A DNA stretch of 64,000 bases from Planctomycetia bacterium (GTDB lineage Bacteria > Planctomycetota > UBA8108 > UBA1146). Below, piece by piece: positions 40,376 to 50,485 of the stretch (position 1 is the stretch's first letter; every line of letters begins with the position of its first letter). The notes under the pieces were generated by a model. That model was not told the DNA's origin. It did not search any database and worked only from the letters and a program-made list of their open reading frames with translations. A program made the translations under genes and the position numbers. The stretch covers positions 996 through 64,995 of the forward strand of contig JAAXJX010000023.1 of assembly GCA_012269595.1 (NCBI GenBank), read 5' to 3'.

Positions 40376-40894
40376 CTAGAGGGTAAAGCCCTGGTCGTAG
40401 GTGTCATCTTCCTGAACAGATGCTTCTGACTGCTCGACCCAACTGCGGGTCCCCGGACTCAGGTAGACTTCGACATGCTCGAAGACCTGGCCATGAAGCA
40501 TTTCGGAAAGACGATTCTGGGCGCGCAGTTCACAGGACTGCTGACGCAGTTCATCGCGAAGGTAACGGAACCGCAGAGCCACATCTTCTTCCACGTGTGG
40601 AACCAGATCCTCCACCGTCCACTCGGAAGGCACATCGAGACCGAGGGCATCACCGAGTTCCTCACCGATGATCAGGCGCTGGCGCTCCTCATCGATCATG
40701 CGTGAGAGAATGCGGTACTCACGGTTCCCGTGCTGGGCGACGGCGTCGTAATCGGCCTGCATGCGGGCCTCGTCCAGATCGACCATCACCTGGCCCAACT
40801 CCTCGTGCAGCTGGTGCAGGCGATCCATGATCCCGGAGAGTTCACCCGCCAACTGGCGGATTTCCACTTTCTGGCGCTGATCGTCGTTCAACAT
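40376..40894 (-). CDS. FlgN-like helical chaperone
   Basis: All-helical 172 aa with EERQRL and LRAQNRL in a FlgN-like arrangement. Confidence 0.6.
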   Translation of the reverse strand: MLNDDQRQKVEIRQLAGELSGIMDRLHQLHEELGQVMVDLDEARMQADYDAVAQHGNREYRILSRMIDEERQRLIIGEELGDALGLDVPSEWTVEDLVPHVEEDVALRFRYLRDELRQQSCELRAQNRLSEMLHGQVFEHVEVYLSPGTRSWVEQSEASVQEDDTYDQGFTL

Positions 40895-41082
40895 CGTCTT
40901 CCATGCCTTTCGGGGGCTCTTCTGATAGGGATGACATCGGCCGTTGAGGGGTCCGACTGGAGGATTCTCCGAAATTTCCCTGAAATTGGCTGAAGAAGGC
41001 GATCTGGAGGGGTTCCGACACCCCTGAGGCGGTGACAGGTCCGATTGCCGGGGATCCCGGAAAGCGTTACGGTTCGACAGAT

Positions 41083-41164
41083 GGGCGGGTGGCGGAACTG
41101 GCAGACGCGCCAGATTTAGGTTCTGGTCCCGAAAGGGGTGGGGGTTCGATTCCCCCCTCGCTCA
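41083..41164 (+). tRNA. tRNA-Leu (anticodon TAG), CCA not encoded
   Basis: Acceptor GGGCGGG/CTCGCTC; anticodon stem CCAGA/TCTGG with loop TTTAGGT; long variable arm; GTTCGAT T-loop. Confidence 0.96.
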
Positions 41165-41202
41165 TTCTCTTTCTTTCCCGTCCTGTCGGTCGCACGGGAT
41201 GC

Positions 41203-42390
41203 CTACGACCCGTTTGCGGAAGCCAACTCCTCCAGAGCAGCGCACACCGGGTCGATAACCTCCGCATTCGTCTCCTCACCGGGAGCGATACGCAGGGTCC
41301 CCCCCGCTTCGAGGGTTCCCAGATGTTGATGGGCCAGGGGAGCACACTGCAATCCGGAACGGCAACGCACTCCCAGACGGACATCCAATTCTGCGGCCAG
41401 CTCTTCTGGCCGCTTTCCGGAAACATGCAACGGGATCACCGGAGTTCGGGGAGCGGTCCCCGTCTCGCCGGGGATCTCTACCCCGGGGATGCTTTGCAGT
41501 GCCTCGACCCACTTCTGTCGTTGGGCATGACCGGCACTGAAGCGATCACTGACCGCATGGTCATCGAAAAACTCGAGGGCCTTGGCGAGACCGGCGATGC
41601 CGGGAAGATTCGGTGTCCCCGATTCAAAACGACCCGGGCCCGATTCGGGAACTTTGGGCAAGGCACTGTCGATGCCATTGCCACCGATCCACAACGGTTC
41701 CGGTTCGTAACCGGGAGCCATCCAACAGGGACCGATGCCCGGAGGCCCACCCAGATGTTTGTGGCCCGCCATCGTATAGGCCTTCAGCCCGGGACAACGG
41801 GAAACGGAAAAGGGAACCAGACCAGCGGCCTGTGCACCATCGACGATGAAAGGGATTCCATGTTGGTGGCACCACGCCCCGACCTCTTCCACCGGTTGTA
41901 AAATGCCGGTGACATTGCTGGCGTGCTGGAGTACGACGCCGACGACACGGGAAGCATCGATCTCGGTCAGGCGATCGGGGATCACTCGACCAGCCGCATC
42001 GGATGGCAGAAAACTCACCCGGTCCTCTCCTCCGACGCGCACCGCCGGGCGCCAGACCGCGTTGTGCTCGAGAACTCCCAAGTACATTCGGGATTCCGGG
42101 TCACTGCCCGTGAGCAGATCCCCCACCAGAGTCGAAAGGGCGAGGGTCGAGGAGGGAAAAAGACTGATCCGCTGGTCGTCGACCGCTCCCAACAGATCGG
42201 CGAGTCGCCCGCGGCAGTCGCCGACCAGATCTCCGGCGGCCCGTGCCCCTGCGTGCCCCCCACGACCGACACTGCCTGCGACTTCGAGGGCCTGCAGCAT
42301 CGCCTCGGCCACTCCGGGATGTCGGGGATAGGCGGTGGCAGCATGGTCGAGATAGATCACGGCGACTCCCTTTCTGATTTCAGGATCCAT
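41203..42390 (-). CDS. Class V aminotransferase / cysteine desulfurase family
   Basis: YLDHAAT, HASNVTG, DGAQ, GHK (PLP lysine), ESGTPN, RSGLQCAP. Confidence 0.9.
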   Translation of the reverse strand: MDPEIRKGVAVIYLDHAATAYPRHPGVAEAMLQALEVAGSVGRGGHAGARAAGDLVGDCRGRLADLLGAVDDQRISLFPSSTLALSTLVGDLLTGSDPESRMYLGVLEHNAVWRPAVRVGGEDRVSFLPSDAAGRVIPDRLTEIDASRVVGVVLQHASNVTGILQPVEEVGAWCHQHGIPFIVDGAQAAGLVPFSVSRCPGLKAYTMAGHKHLGGPPGIGPCWMAPGYEPEPLWIGGNGIDSALPKVPESGPGRFESGTPNLPGIAGLAKALEFFDDHAVSDRFSAGHAQRQKWVEALQSIPGVEIPGETGTAPRTPVIPLHVSGKRPEELAAELDVRLGVRCRSGLQCAPLAHQHLGTLEAGGTLRIAPGEETNAEVIDPVCAALEELASANGS

Positions 42391-42502
42391 GCTATCGCTG
42401 TTGCCTCAAGCAGAAAACCGTCACCGCATACGGAAGAACCCCTTTCCTTCTTGCCCCCGGTCTCCGCTGAAGTCACCATCCCGTTTGGGGAAGGGAGACA
42501 TC

Positions 42503-43120
42503 ATGTCCCGATCGATGCGACAGTGGCGACCGGAAGATCTCGACAAGGCGGGTCGCTATCACCTGATGACCGCATGCGTGGTTCCACGACCCATCGCATG
42601 GACTTCCACCGTCTCGAAAGACGGCACCACCAATCTCGCCCCCTTCAGCTTCTTTGGTGGAGTCAGCAGTGATCCCTGGACTGTGATGCTCAGTGTGGGA
42701 CGTCGCCGCGATGGCTCCCACAAGGATACTTCGCGCAACATCCTCGAATCGGGTGAAGCGGTGATCCACATCTCTACCCGGGAAAATGAACAGTGGATGG
42801 TTGCCAGCAGTGCGGGACTCGATCCGGATCAAAGTGAAATCGATCATCTGCAGATCGCCACCGAGCCCGCCATCGAAGTTGCTCCCCCCCGTGTTGCCGA
42901 TGCGGCCATCGCCCTTGAAGCCAGGCGGGTTCACCATCAGGAAGTGGGCCGTACTCCCGTGGACATGTTCCTGCTGGAAGTGGTCCACGTTCATATCGCT
43001 GAAGATGTCCTTGAGGGTGATCTTCCTGACGGAGCCAAACTGGGTGCGGTGGGACGCCTGGGCGGAACCGGATACTGCACCACTGACCAGACCTACGAAA
43101 TCGACCGGCCCCGGGAATGA
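42503..43120 (+). CDS. Flavin reductase-like FMN-binding protein
   Basis: VPRPIAW, NLAPFSFF, KDTSRNI, GRLGG. Confidence 0.9.
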   Translation: MSRSMRQWRPEDLDKAGRYHLMTACVVPRPIAWTSTVSKDGTTNLAPFSFFGGVSSDPWTVMLSVGRRRDGSHKDTSRNILESGEAVIHISTRENEQWMVASSAGLDPDQSEIDHLQIATEPAIEVAPPRVADAAIALEARRVHHQEVGRTPVDMFLLEVVHVHIAEDVLEGDLPDGAKLGAVGRLGGTGYCTTDQTYEIDRPRE

Positions 43121-43812
43121 ATTACAGCTGTCTGCCATCACGGGTCGTGGGTCTGTTGACGATACTGGGTCTGTTGCTCCTGGTGTCTTGCCAACAGGGC
43201 GGTCGCTTTGAAGGTCCCGCTCCCGGTGAGGTGGTCCCCATCGAAGATCCCTGTGAGACTTCACCGGAGACGGTCTACCCCCCGCAGTACCCGCTGACCC
43301 TTCTCATCGCAGAAGCCGGAATCGTCATCGATCCACTGATTCCGATCCTCCCCGAAGGCAACATCTGCCTTCCCTATCAGTACTCCATCGATCCGCCCCT
43401 TCCGGATGGACTGGTTCTCAATCCGGCGAGTGGTCGCATCTATGGGGCTCCGCTCTTTGCGGATTCCGTGACGAATCACACCATCACGACCCAGTTTCCC
43501 ATCGAGTCCTCTACCTCTTCCCTGCAAATCATCATTCCCGATGCTCCCCCGGCCTTCGAGTACCCCAGTGCAAGCATCGAATTGGATCCCCTCGAACAAT
43601 TCTGGATGGTGCCCCTGCAACTGCCCGGTTCCGGTGCGGTCGAGATCTGGTCCAGCCCCACGGACGACGCTCCCATCGGTGCTTTCCAACTCAATGCACA
43701 GAACGGCACCCTGACTCTTCACGGAGTCGGTGATTACTGGATCACCGTCGTCGGCCTCAACGCCTCCGGTGAAGACACCTTTACGATCCAGGTCGAAACC
43801 GTCTCCCCCTGA
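43117..43812 (+). CDS. Lipoprotein with putative Ig-like domain(s)
   Basis: Lipobox LVSC; PPLPDGLVLNPASGRIYGAP. Confidence 0.75.
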   Translation: MNYSCLPSRVVGLLTILGLLLLVSCQQGGRFEGPAPGEVVPIEDPCETSPETVYPPQYPLTLLIAEAGIVIDPLIPILPEGNICLPYQYSIDPPLPDGLVLNPASGRIYGAPLFADSVTNHTITTQFPIESSTSSLQIIIPDAPPAFEYPSASIELDPLEQFWMVPLQLPGSGAVEIWSSPTDDAPIGAFQLNAQNGTLTLHGVGDYWITVVGLNASGEDTFTIQVETVSP

Positions 43813-43882
43813 TCCGATCTGCGAGCAGATATGGCGTGGGAAGGATTCAGCGTCTAACATCCGGATTGGAAAGAGAGATCCC

Positions 43883-44701
43883 ATGGCCATGATTCCCCTT
43901 CTTTTCTGTTGCCTGCCCTTCATCGGCGGTCAACCCGTCGAATCAGCCCAACCGGCAGGCGCGACCCCGGTCACTTCAGTGCTCGTCTTCAGCAAGACCG
44001 GAGGCTTCCGCCATGGCAGCATTCCCCAAGGTCAGAAAGCCCTGAAGGCCATCGGTGAGAAGCACGGCTTCCGTGTCGAGACCACCGAGGATTCGGGCCG
44101 TTTCAATGAAACCGAATTAAAAAAGCATCAGGTCATTATCTTCCTGAACACCACCGGTGACATTCTCGATGCCGGGCAGCAAACCGCATTCGAAGGCTAC
44201 CTCCGATCCGGCGGTGGTTACGTGGGGATCCACGCGGCCAGTGACACCGAATACGACTGGCCCTTTTACGGCAAGGTGGTCGGGGCCTACTTCGCCGGAC
44301 ATCCGGCAGTGCAACCCGCCAAAATCCGCATTGAAGATTCGTCTCATCCGGCCACTTCATTTCTGCCAAAAATCTGGGAGCGCACCGATGAGTGGTACAA
44401 CTTCCGTGAGTTTCCGAAACATGTGAAGGTGCTCGCCTGGCTCGACACCGACAGTTACCAGGGATCTTCGATGCCCGGGAAACATCCGGCGATCTGGTGT
44501 CACGACATCGATCTGGGCCGAGCCTTTTACACCGTGGGTGGCCACACCGATGCGACCTTTGAGGAACCGCTTTTCCGTCAGCACATGGCAGGAGCGATCT
44601 ACTGGGCCGCGGGTCACGACGACTGGAAACCTTCCCAAAGCGAAAAGAAACCTGAAAAGAAATCCCCCACCCCCGAGAAAAAAGAAAAGAGCGGAGCCTG
44701 A
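43883..44701 (+). CDS. ThuA-like domain protein
   Basis: VLVFSKTGGFRHGSI, FLNTTGD, GIHAASD, DEWYNF, GRAFYT. Confidence 0.9.
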   Translation: MAMIPLLFCCLPFIGGQPVESAQPAGATPVTSVLVFSKTGGFRHGSIPQGQKALKAIGEKHGFRVETTEDSGRFNETELKKHQVIIFLNTTGDILDAGQQTAFEGYLRSGGGYVGIHAASDTEYDWPFYGKVVGAYFAGHPAVQPAKIRIEDSSHPATSFLPKIWERTDEWYNFREFPKHVKVLAWLDTDSYQGSSMPGKHPAIWCHDIDLGRAFYTVGGHTDATFEEPLFRQHMAGAIYWAAGHDDWKPSQSEKKPEKKSPTPEKKEKSGA

Positions 44702-44702
44702 G

Positions 44703-46082
44703 ATGAACCGCATCGAAGACCAGACCCTGATTTCCCTGAACCCGGCCACCGGTGAAGAGGTCGGCCGACTGCCGATCACCCCGGTGGATGAGATTCCCGC
44801 CATCGTTGCCCGTGCCCGCGAGGCCCAGGTCGAGTGGGGACAGATGTCCCTGCAGGATCGGGCGGATGCCATCCGTCCTTTCGGAGCCGCCCTCGCCGAG
44901 GCCGCCGAAGAGGTGGGAACACTGCTGACCCGTGAGATGGGCAAGCCTTTGCCGCAGGGCATCGGCGAGGCGCGCAGTTGTGGGGAATCCATCGACCGCA
45001 CCCTCGACGGCATGATCGAAGCGTTGACCCCGGAGCCGATGGAAGACGCCAACATTGCATCGACGATGGTCTTCGATCCCCTCGGTGTCTGTGCCGGCAT
45101 CACTCCCTGGAACTTCCCGCTGTCGATGCCGCACTGGACCGTCATGCCCGCACTGATGGCGGGCAACAGTGTCATCCTCAAGCCGTCTGAAAAGACCCCC
45201 CTCGTCGCCCAGGCCTACGCCGATCTGCTGATGCCATTCCTCCCGGAAGGGGTCCTGCAGGTGATGCATGGCGATGGAGATCAGGGTAAAGCGCTGGTGC
45301 AGGCGGACGTGAACCTCATCGCCTTCACCGGATCCCGGGATACGGGAGCCCATATCCTCGAGGCTGCAGGCAGCAGTCTGAAGCGGGTGATCCTCGAGCT
45401 CGGTGGCAAGGATCCGCTGATCGTTCTCGACGATGCGGACATCGAGGCTGCAGCCCAGTTCGCCGCCGCCAACTCCTTCCGCAATGCCGGTCAGGTCTGT
45501 GTCAGCACCGAGCGTATCTACGTCCAGCCGCAGGTCGCCGATGCCTTCCGCGACCGCCTCGTCGAACTGGCGAAGGAAGTCAAGGTCGGCGATGGCTGTG
45601 ACGACGGCATCGAGGTCGGTCCGATGATCGACGGCGGTCAAAAGGCCCACGTCGAGAAGCAACTCGCCAGTGCCATCAGTGACGGAGCCCAGGTGGCGTT
45701 CCAGAGTGATGACCTCGGCGGCAATTACCATCCGCTGACGGTCCTCGATGGCTGTCAGGAAGAGATGGAAATCATCCGCGAAGAGACCTTTGGTCCCATC
45801 GCCTGCCTGATGCAGGTCGAGGACGATGCGGAAGCGGTCGTCCGTGCCAACAACACCCCTTATGGACTCGGAGCATCCATCTTCGGCAGCTCGGAGAGGG
45901 CGCACCAGATCGCCCGTCAGATGACCGCCGGCATGGTCGGCATCAACAAGGGCTGTGGAGGTGCCAGCGGCACCCCCTGGGTCGGCGCCCGCCAGTCCGG
46001 CTACGGCTTCCACTCCGGCCGCGATGGTCACCGCCAGTTCGCGCAACTGCGGGTGATCAGCGAAATGCAGCCGGAAGCCTAG
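44703..46082 (+). CDS. NAD(P)-dependent aldehyde dehydrogenase
   Basis: ITPWNFP, KPSEKTP, FTGS, LELGGKD, NAGQVC, EETFGP. Confidence 0.96.
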   Translation: MNRIEDQTLISLNPATGEEVGRLPITPVDEIPAIVARAREAQVEWGQMSLQDRADAIRPFGAALAEAAEEVGTLLTREMGKPLPQGIGEARSCGESIDRTLDGMIEALTPEPMEDANIASTMVFDPLGVCAGITPWNFPLSMPHWTVMPALMAGNSVILKPSEKTPLVAQAYADLLMPFLPEGVLQVMHGDGDQGKALVQADVNLIAFTGSRDTGAHILEAAGSSLKRVILELGGKDPLIVLDDADIEAAAQFAAANSFRNAGQVCVSTERIYVQPQVADAFRDRLVELAKEVKVGDGCDDGIEVGPMIDGGQKAHVEKQLASAISDGAQVAFQSDDLGGNYHPLTVLDGCQEEMEIIREETFGPIACLMQVEDDAEAVVRANNTPYGLGASIFGSSERAHQIARQMTAGMVGINKGCGGASGTPWVGARQSGYGFHSGRDGHRQFAQLRVISEMQPEA

Positions 46083-46103
46083 GATCACAACGAAGCAAAA
46101 TGA

Positions 46104-46144
46104 AAGCGGGTCGAAGCCTGTGCTTCGACCCGCTTCCCTTTTTT
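46104..46144 (+). terminator. Intrinsic terminator between the convergent ALDH and vWA genes
   Basis: 14-bp stem AAGCGGGTCGAAGC/GCTTCGACCCGCTT followed by a T-run. Confidence 0.85.
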
Positions 46145-46148
46145 GGGT

Positions 46149-46835
46149 TCACTGGACCATGCGGAATTCGCCAGAGTTGTGGGCGGCGATATTCTCGAAG
46201 AGCCAGAGAGCGGTCTCCCACGGTTCACCGATAAACAGGGTATCGATGGAAACCTCTTCCCAGTTGGCGAGGAGGATGTTGGCGAGGGCCTCTTCATTGG
46301 CTTCTTCACCGAAGAATCCACATCCCTGAGCCCCGTCCCCGAGGAGGATCAGCCGGCGGCTTTCGGGCAGGATCAGCGAAGTCCTCAGGATATCGAGACC
46401 ATGGATGGTGCCGATATCGATGCAGGTGCCCCCATTCGCCACCAGGGTATTCACCCATGCAACGCCGGCAACCTTGTTCGGGACCGTCGCCTTCTCCATG
46501 ACGATGCTGAACTGGTTCAGATTGGAACTGAAAGCGACGATGCCAAATTCGGCCTGCCCGGAGAGGCTCATCAGCGCCTGGGACAACTCCTCCTGAGCTG
46601 ATTCCAATTTGCCTTCAGCAGCCATCGAACCGCTGGTGTCGATGACGAACATGAAGGCGTCTCCTTCATACTCACCACCAAAGAACTCGATGGTTTCCGG
46701 ATACTCTTCCGCATCTTCCTGCGGTCCCTTGCCTCCGGAAGGCAGATCGAGGGGACGACGACTGGGCAGTTCTGCCGACAGCTCCGCCGCCATCATCATC
46801 AAAGATCCCAACAACAATACAAACACGCGCAACAT
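46149..46835 (-). CDS. Secreted stand-alone vWA domain protein
   Basis: Signal-like N-terminus; MIDAS elements DTSGSM, GGT, LGDG. Confidence 0.85.
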   Translation of the reverse strand: MLRVFVLLLGSLMMMAAELSAELPSRRPLDLPSGGKGPQEDAEEYPETIEFFGGEYEGDAFMFVIDTSGSMAAEGKLESAQEELSQALMSLSGQAEFGIVAFSSNLNQFSIVMEKATVPNKVAGVAWVNTLVANGGTCIDIGTIHGLDILRTSLILPESRRLILLGDGAQGCGFFGEEANEEALANILLANWEEVSIDTLFIGEPWETALWLFENIAAHNSGEFRMVQ

Positions 46836-47224
46836 GATTCCCCATTCCCCACCTCCTCCAGCAGGGACCCGGGTTGTCGAAAGACGGATGGCTTGCCTGG
46901 GCAAGTCCGGATTTCTTTCTGTCTTGGGCGGAGTGGGTCACGGTGTGAGCGCGCAAAAAATAGGCGGAACGAATTCGCGCTTCTCACCACTGTTCCTATC
47001 GGCGTGATTTCTGTCCTTCTGGAGAAGAAACCTCAAAACCCCCAAAAAGGGTTCCCGAGCAGGGATAAAAAAGGAAATGGACAGGGTTCAAATCGGGCAG
47101 GAGTGTAGACGAAGGGACAGTATTCTATTTTTTATAAATCCGGAAAATCTCCGAAATATTTTACGAAACCCGGCCCTTCCCGGCCTGGCTCAAACAATAG
47201 ATCAAACTCCTACAGGCAACCTGT

Positions 47225-48427
47225 TCATGCGCCGTACTTGTCCAGCCGATTCGCATGGGCCAATAGCAACGGCATTAGTTCCGGGCCGGCGATGAGGTTG
47301 ATGTCGCCGTTCATGCAGTTGCGTTCGCCGAAGGTGGAGTCGGGTTGGGGCAGGGCTCTTTTGGAATGAACCAGCAGCGGCACTGCGTGCCAGGAATGTT
47401 CTTCCATGATGGTCGGGGTTGAGTGATCGCCGGTGATGGCGATGACATCGAGCCCGCATTCGAGGAAGGCGGGCAGGGCGGCATCGAAGGCTTCGATGGC
47501 GGCGACCTTCGATTCGAAATCGCCGGAATGGCCCGCCGTATCCGGATCCTTGTGATGGACGAAGACGAAATCGAAGTCCTCGGCGATGGCAGCCTTGACC
47601 GCCTCCACCTGATCGGCGAGGCCACGACCCGCATCCCGTGGCTGCATGCCAACGAGACGGGCGACCCCGCGGTACATCGGATACACCGCCAGAGCCGCAG
47701 CATGAAGCTGGAAGCGTTCGGCGAAACCCGGCACATGAGGGCGTGACGAAAATCCCCGCAGCAGGGCACTGTTCGCCGCCGCCTCCCCCGCCAGACACTG
47801 CTGTGCCTTCGCCAGCCAATCACCGGCGATGGCGGCGGTGGTTTCGGATGCGGCATCCTCACCGGCAAAGGGCAGGGCGCTCTTGCCGGTGACCTGGGGA
47901 TCGTTGTCGTTGACCCGTGCACCGAGATCCTGGGCGGTGGCGATCCATGTGAAGCGATGCTGCTTGCCGGGGATCAGTTCGATAGTGACGCCATCGACAG
48001 AGACCTCTTCCGTCAACTTGGCGCAGAGGCGCTGGCACTCATCATCGGATGGGCGACCGGCACGGCGATCCTGCACGAGGCCTTCGCCGTCGATGGTGCA
48101 GAAGTTACCGCGGGCGGCGATCTGTCCCGGCTCGAGGGCGTAATCACTGCCGAGGGCTTCGAGGAGACCACGGCCAAACTCCAGTTCGATGGGATCGATG
48201 CCAAAGAGGGACAGGTGCCCGGGGCCGGAACCGGGGGTCATGCCGGAAGGCAGCAGCTGCACCCGACCGAGGGATGACTTTTGCGAAAGTGCATCCATGT
48301 GGGGCGTGTTCGCCGCTTCCAGTTCGGTTTTTCCATGATCGGGGTGGGGCAGGCCACCGAGCCCATCGAGGACAAAGAGACCGATGCGTTCACCCACGGG
48401 TCGGCACAGTTGTGCGGGAATGGTCAT
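47225..48427 (-). CDS. apgM: 2,3-BPG-independent phosphoglycerate mutase, ApgM type
   Basis: LDGLGG, KTELEAANTP, PGSGPGHLSLFG, DRRAGR, DTAGH, TGDHSTP. Confidence 0.9.
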   Translation of the reverse strand: MTIPAQLCRPVGERIGLFVLDGLGGLPHPDHGKTELEAANTPHMDALSQKSSLGRVQLLPSGMTPGSGPGHLSLFGIDPIELEFGRGLLEALGSDYALEPGQIAARGNFCTIDGEGLVQDRRAGRPSDDECQRLCAKLTEEVSVDGVTIELIPGKQHRFTWIATAQDLGARVNDNDPQVTGKSALPFAGEDAASETTAAIAGDWLAKAQQCLAGEAAANSALLRGFSSRPHVPGFAERFQLHAAALAVYPMYRGVARLVGMQPRDAGRGLADQVEAVKAAIAEDFDFVFVHHKDPDTAGHSGDFESKVAAIEAFDAALPAFLECGLDVIAITGDHSTPTIMEEHSWHAVPLLVHSKRALPQPDSTFGERNCMNGDINLIAGPELMPLLLAHANRLDKYGA

Positions 48428-48555
48428 GGGACCCCCTTCGGCCCGCATTGTCGGAGAGGAGATCGCCGTGGGCAAGGGCTCCCACTTTTCCCGCCGATGC
48501 GGTAGCCTCGCCCCTGTTCAACGATGATTCAGCGGTGAAACGAGGCGCACGAACG

Positions 48556-49686
48556 ATGTCGGATCAGGGCTCTTTTTCCACCCTGCACATCAACACCTCC
48601 CGGGAGTGGCGCGGCGGCGAACGCCAGACGCTGCTGCTGGCGGAGGGCCTCCACGCCGGTGGCCATCGCACCCGGGTCGTCTGCCCCCCGGACTCGGAAC
48701 TGGAACAGCGCTGCCGGGATCAGGGGATTCCGGTGCTGCCTCTGAAGATGCGCGGTGAGGCGGATCTCACCGCCATCGATCGCCTGCGTCGGTGGATCCG
48801 TGAAGAAACCCCGGATCTGGTCCACACCCACACCGCCCACGCCCACACCATCGGCGGTCTTGCCCGCTGGGGTCTGGGTCCGCTGTGCGTGGCCCAACGC
48901 CGGGTGCCCTTCTCCATCCTGCGCAGTGGCACTCCGATTGTGACGCCGTGGAAGTACCGCCGACTGGCGGATCACCTCATCGCCATCTCGGAACAGGTGG
49001 CCCGGGTTCTCGAGGGAGACGACATCCCCGCCGATCACATCACCGTGATTCCCGATGGAGTGCCGCCTCTGCCCGAACCGAAAATCTCCCCCACCCAGTG
49101 GCGCCAGCAGTTCCGCATCCCCGATCAGGGCTTGCTGATCGGCAGCGTCGGCCAACTCTCCCGGGAGAAGGGACACGTTCACCTGATCGAAGCGTTGACC
49201 CACCTCGATCATCGTTCGCAGCCGGTGCAACTGGTACTGGTCGGAGATGGTCCCGAGAAACTTGCCCTCTCCGAACGGGCACGGGCCCTCGGCATGCATG
49301 GCCGCGTCCACTTCACCGGCTTTCAGAGCGATGTCAGCAGTGCCATCCATGCCCTCGATCTCTACGTGCAGCCGAGTCTCGAAGAAGGGCTCGGCACCAG
49401 CATCCTCGATGCCCTGCAGGCGTGCCGCCCCGTGGTCGCCAGCCAGGTGGGCGGCATTCCGGAGGTCATCATCGACGGCGAAACGGGCCGTCTCGCCCCC
49501 GCCGCCGATCCGGTCCGACTGGCGGAAGCCATCGATTCGCTCCTCGATGACCGGGAAGGGGCGATCACCCTGGCCCGTGCCGGCCAACAGCGAGCCACCC
49601 AACACTACAGTCAGACCGCCCTCATCGAAGGCAACCTGCAACTGTACGCACGACTGTTGCAGGAACAGAGAGCAGGCCAGCGATGA
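48556..49686 (+). CDS. Glycosyltransferase family 4
   Basis: WRGGERQ, VGQLSREKG, EGLGTSILDA, VGGIPEVI. Confidence 0.92.
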   Translation: MSDQGSFSTLHINTSREWRGGERQTLLLAEGLHAGGHRTRVVCPPDSELEQRCRDQGIPVLPLKMRGEADLTAIDRLRRWIREETPDLVHTHTAHAHTIGGLARWGLGPLCVAQRRVPFSILRSGTPIVTPWKYRRLADHLIAISEQVARVLEGDDIPADHITVIPDGVPPLPEPKISPTQWRQQFRIPDQGLLIGSVGQLSREKGHVHLIEALTHLDHRSQPVQLVLVGDGPEKLALSERARALGMHGRVHFTGFQSDVSSAIHALDLYVQPSLEEGLGTSILDALQACRPVVASQVGGIPEVIIDGETGRLAPAADPVRLAEAIDSLLDDREGAITLARAGQQRATQHYSQTALIEGNLQLYARLLQEQRAGQR

Positions 49687-50477
49687 TTCCGATCCGCGAC
49701 AGTGAACCGAGTGGCATCACCCCCTACGTGACCATCGGCATCCTCGTCCTCAACGTGCTCGTCTCCATCGTTCAATACGCCGATCCGGGAATGCTGCTGA
49801 TGGAGGGGGGCCTGCGACCGGCGTGGTTCCTCGGCTACCTCAATGGCGAAACGATGGGCACGATTCCCGAGGTGGAACGAAAGGATGCGCAGGCTCTCGA
49901 ACTGCTCTTCGATGGCCGCTTCGCTCCGCCCACGGAAATGCCACTGACCTTTGCCACCGCCATCCTGCCACTGTTCCTGAGCATGTTCCTGCATGGAGGG
50001 CTGATGCATCTCATCGGCAACATGCTGTTTCTGTGGATCTTCAGTGACAACATCGAGGGTCGGCTGGGGCATGTCAGGTTTCTGATCTTCTATCTACTGT
50101 GCGGAGTCATCGCATCGCTGACCCATGTGGTACTCAACCCGGAATCGATCACCCCAACGGTGGGTGCATCCGGAGCCATCGCCGGCATCCTCGGCGCCTA
50201 CTGGCTCTGCTACCCCCACTCGAAGGTGACGATGCTCTTCTGGATCTACGTGATCATTCGCACCTTTGAAATCCGCGCGAGCTGGTTCCTCGGGTTCTGG
50301 TTTGCCCGTGACATCTTTCGGGTGTGGGTCGGGCTTGAGGGCAGTACCGCCGTCTGGGCCCACATCGGTGGCTTTGTCATCGGCACCTGCCTGATCATCC
50401 CCTTCACCCCCCCGGGCCACTCGAACCGGGAAGTGCGTTTCCGCTGGCTGGAACGCTCCGGACTGATTCGCAAGTAA
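49683..50477 (+). CDS. Rhomboid family intramembrane serine protease
   Basis: MFLHGG, HLIGNM, GASGA, AHIGGF. Confidence 0.95.
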   Translation: MIPIRDSEPSGITPYVTIGILVLNVLVSIVQYADPGMLLMEGGLRPAWFLGYLNGETMGTIPEVERKDAQALELLFDGRFAPPTEMPLTFATAILPLFLSMFLHGGLMHLIGNMLFLWIFSDNIEGRLGHVRFLIFYLLCGVIASLTHVVLNPESITPTVGASGAIAGILGAYWLCYPHSKVTMLFWIYVIIRTFEIRASWFLGFWFARDIFRVWVGLEGSTAVWAHIGGFVIGTCLIIPFTPPGHSNREVRFRWLERSGLIRK

Positions 50478-50485
50478 GGACCTCC

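Noticed and set aside
41083..41202. tRNA-Leu as an integration site
   Set aside because: No integrase and no duplicated tRNA 3' end noticed in the window
44136..46088. 650-aa minus-strand ORF
   Set aside because: Antisense shadow of ALDH/ThuA; no motifs, and expected with high GC3
48049..48555. Long N-terminal extensions on ORF-track calls (GT4 here; likewise pssA, ALDH, DUF503, SEC-C and the LPS kinase)
   Set aside because: They overlap neighbouring genes; downstream starts fit the family N-termini better
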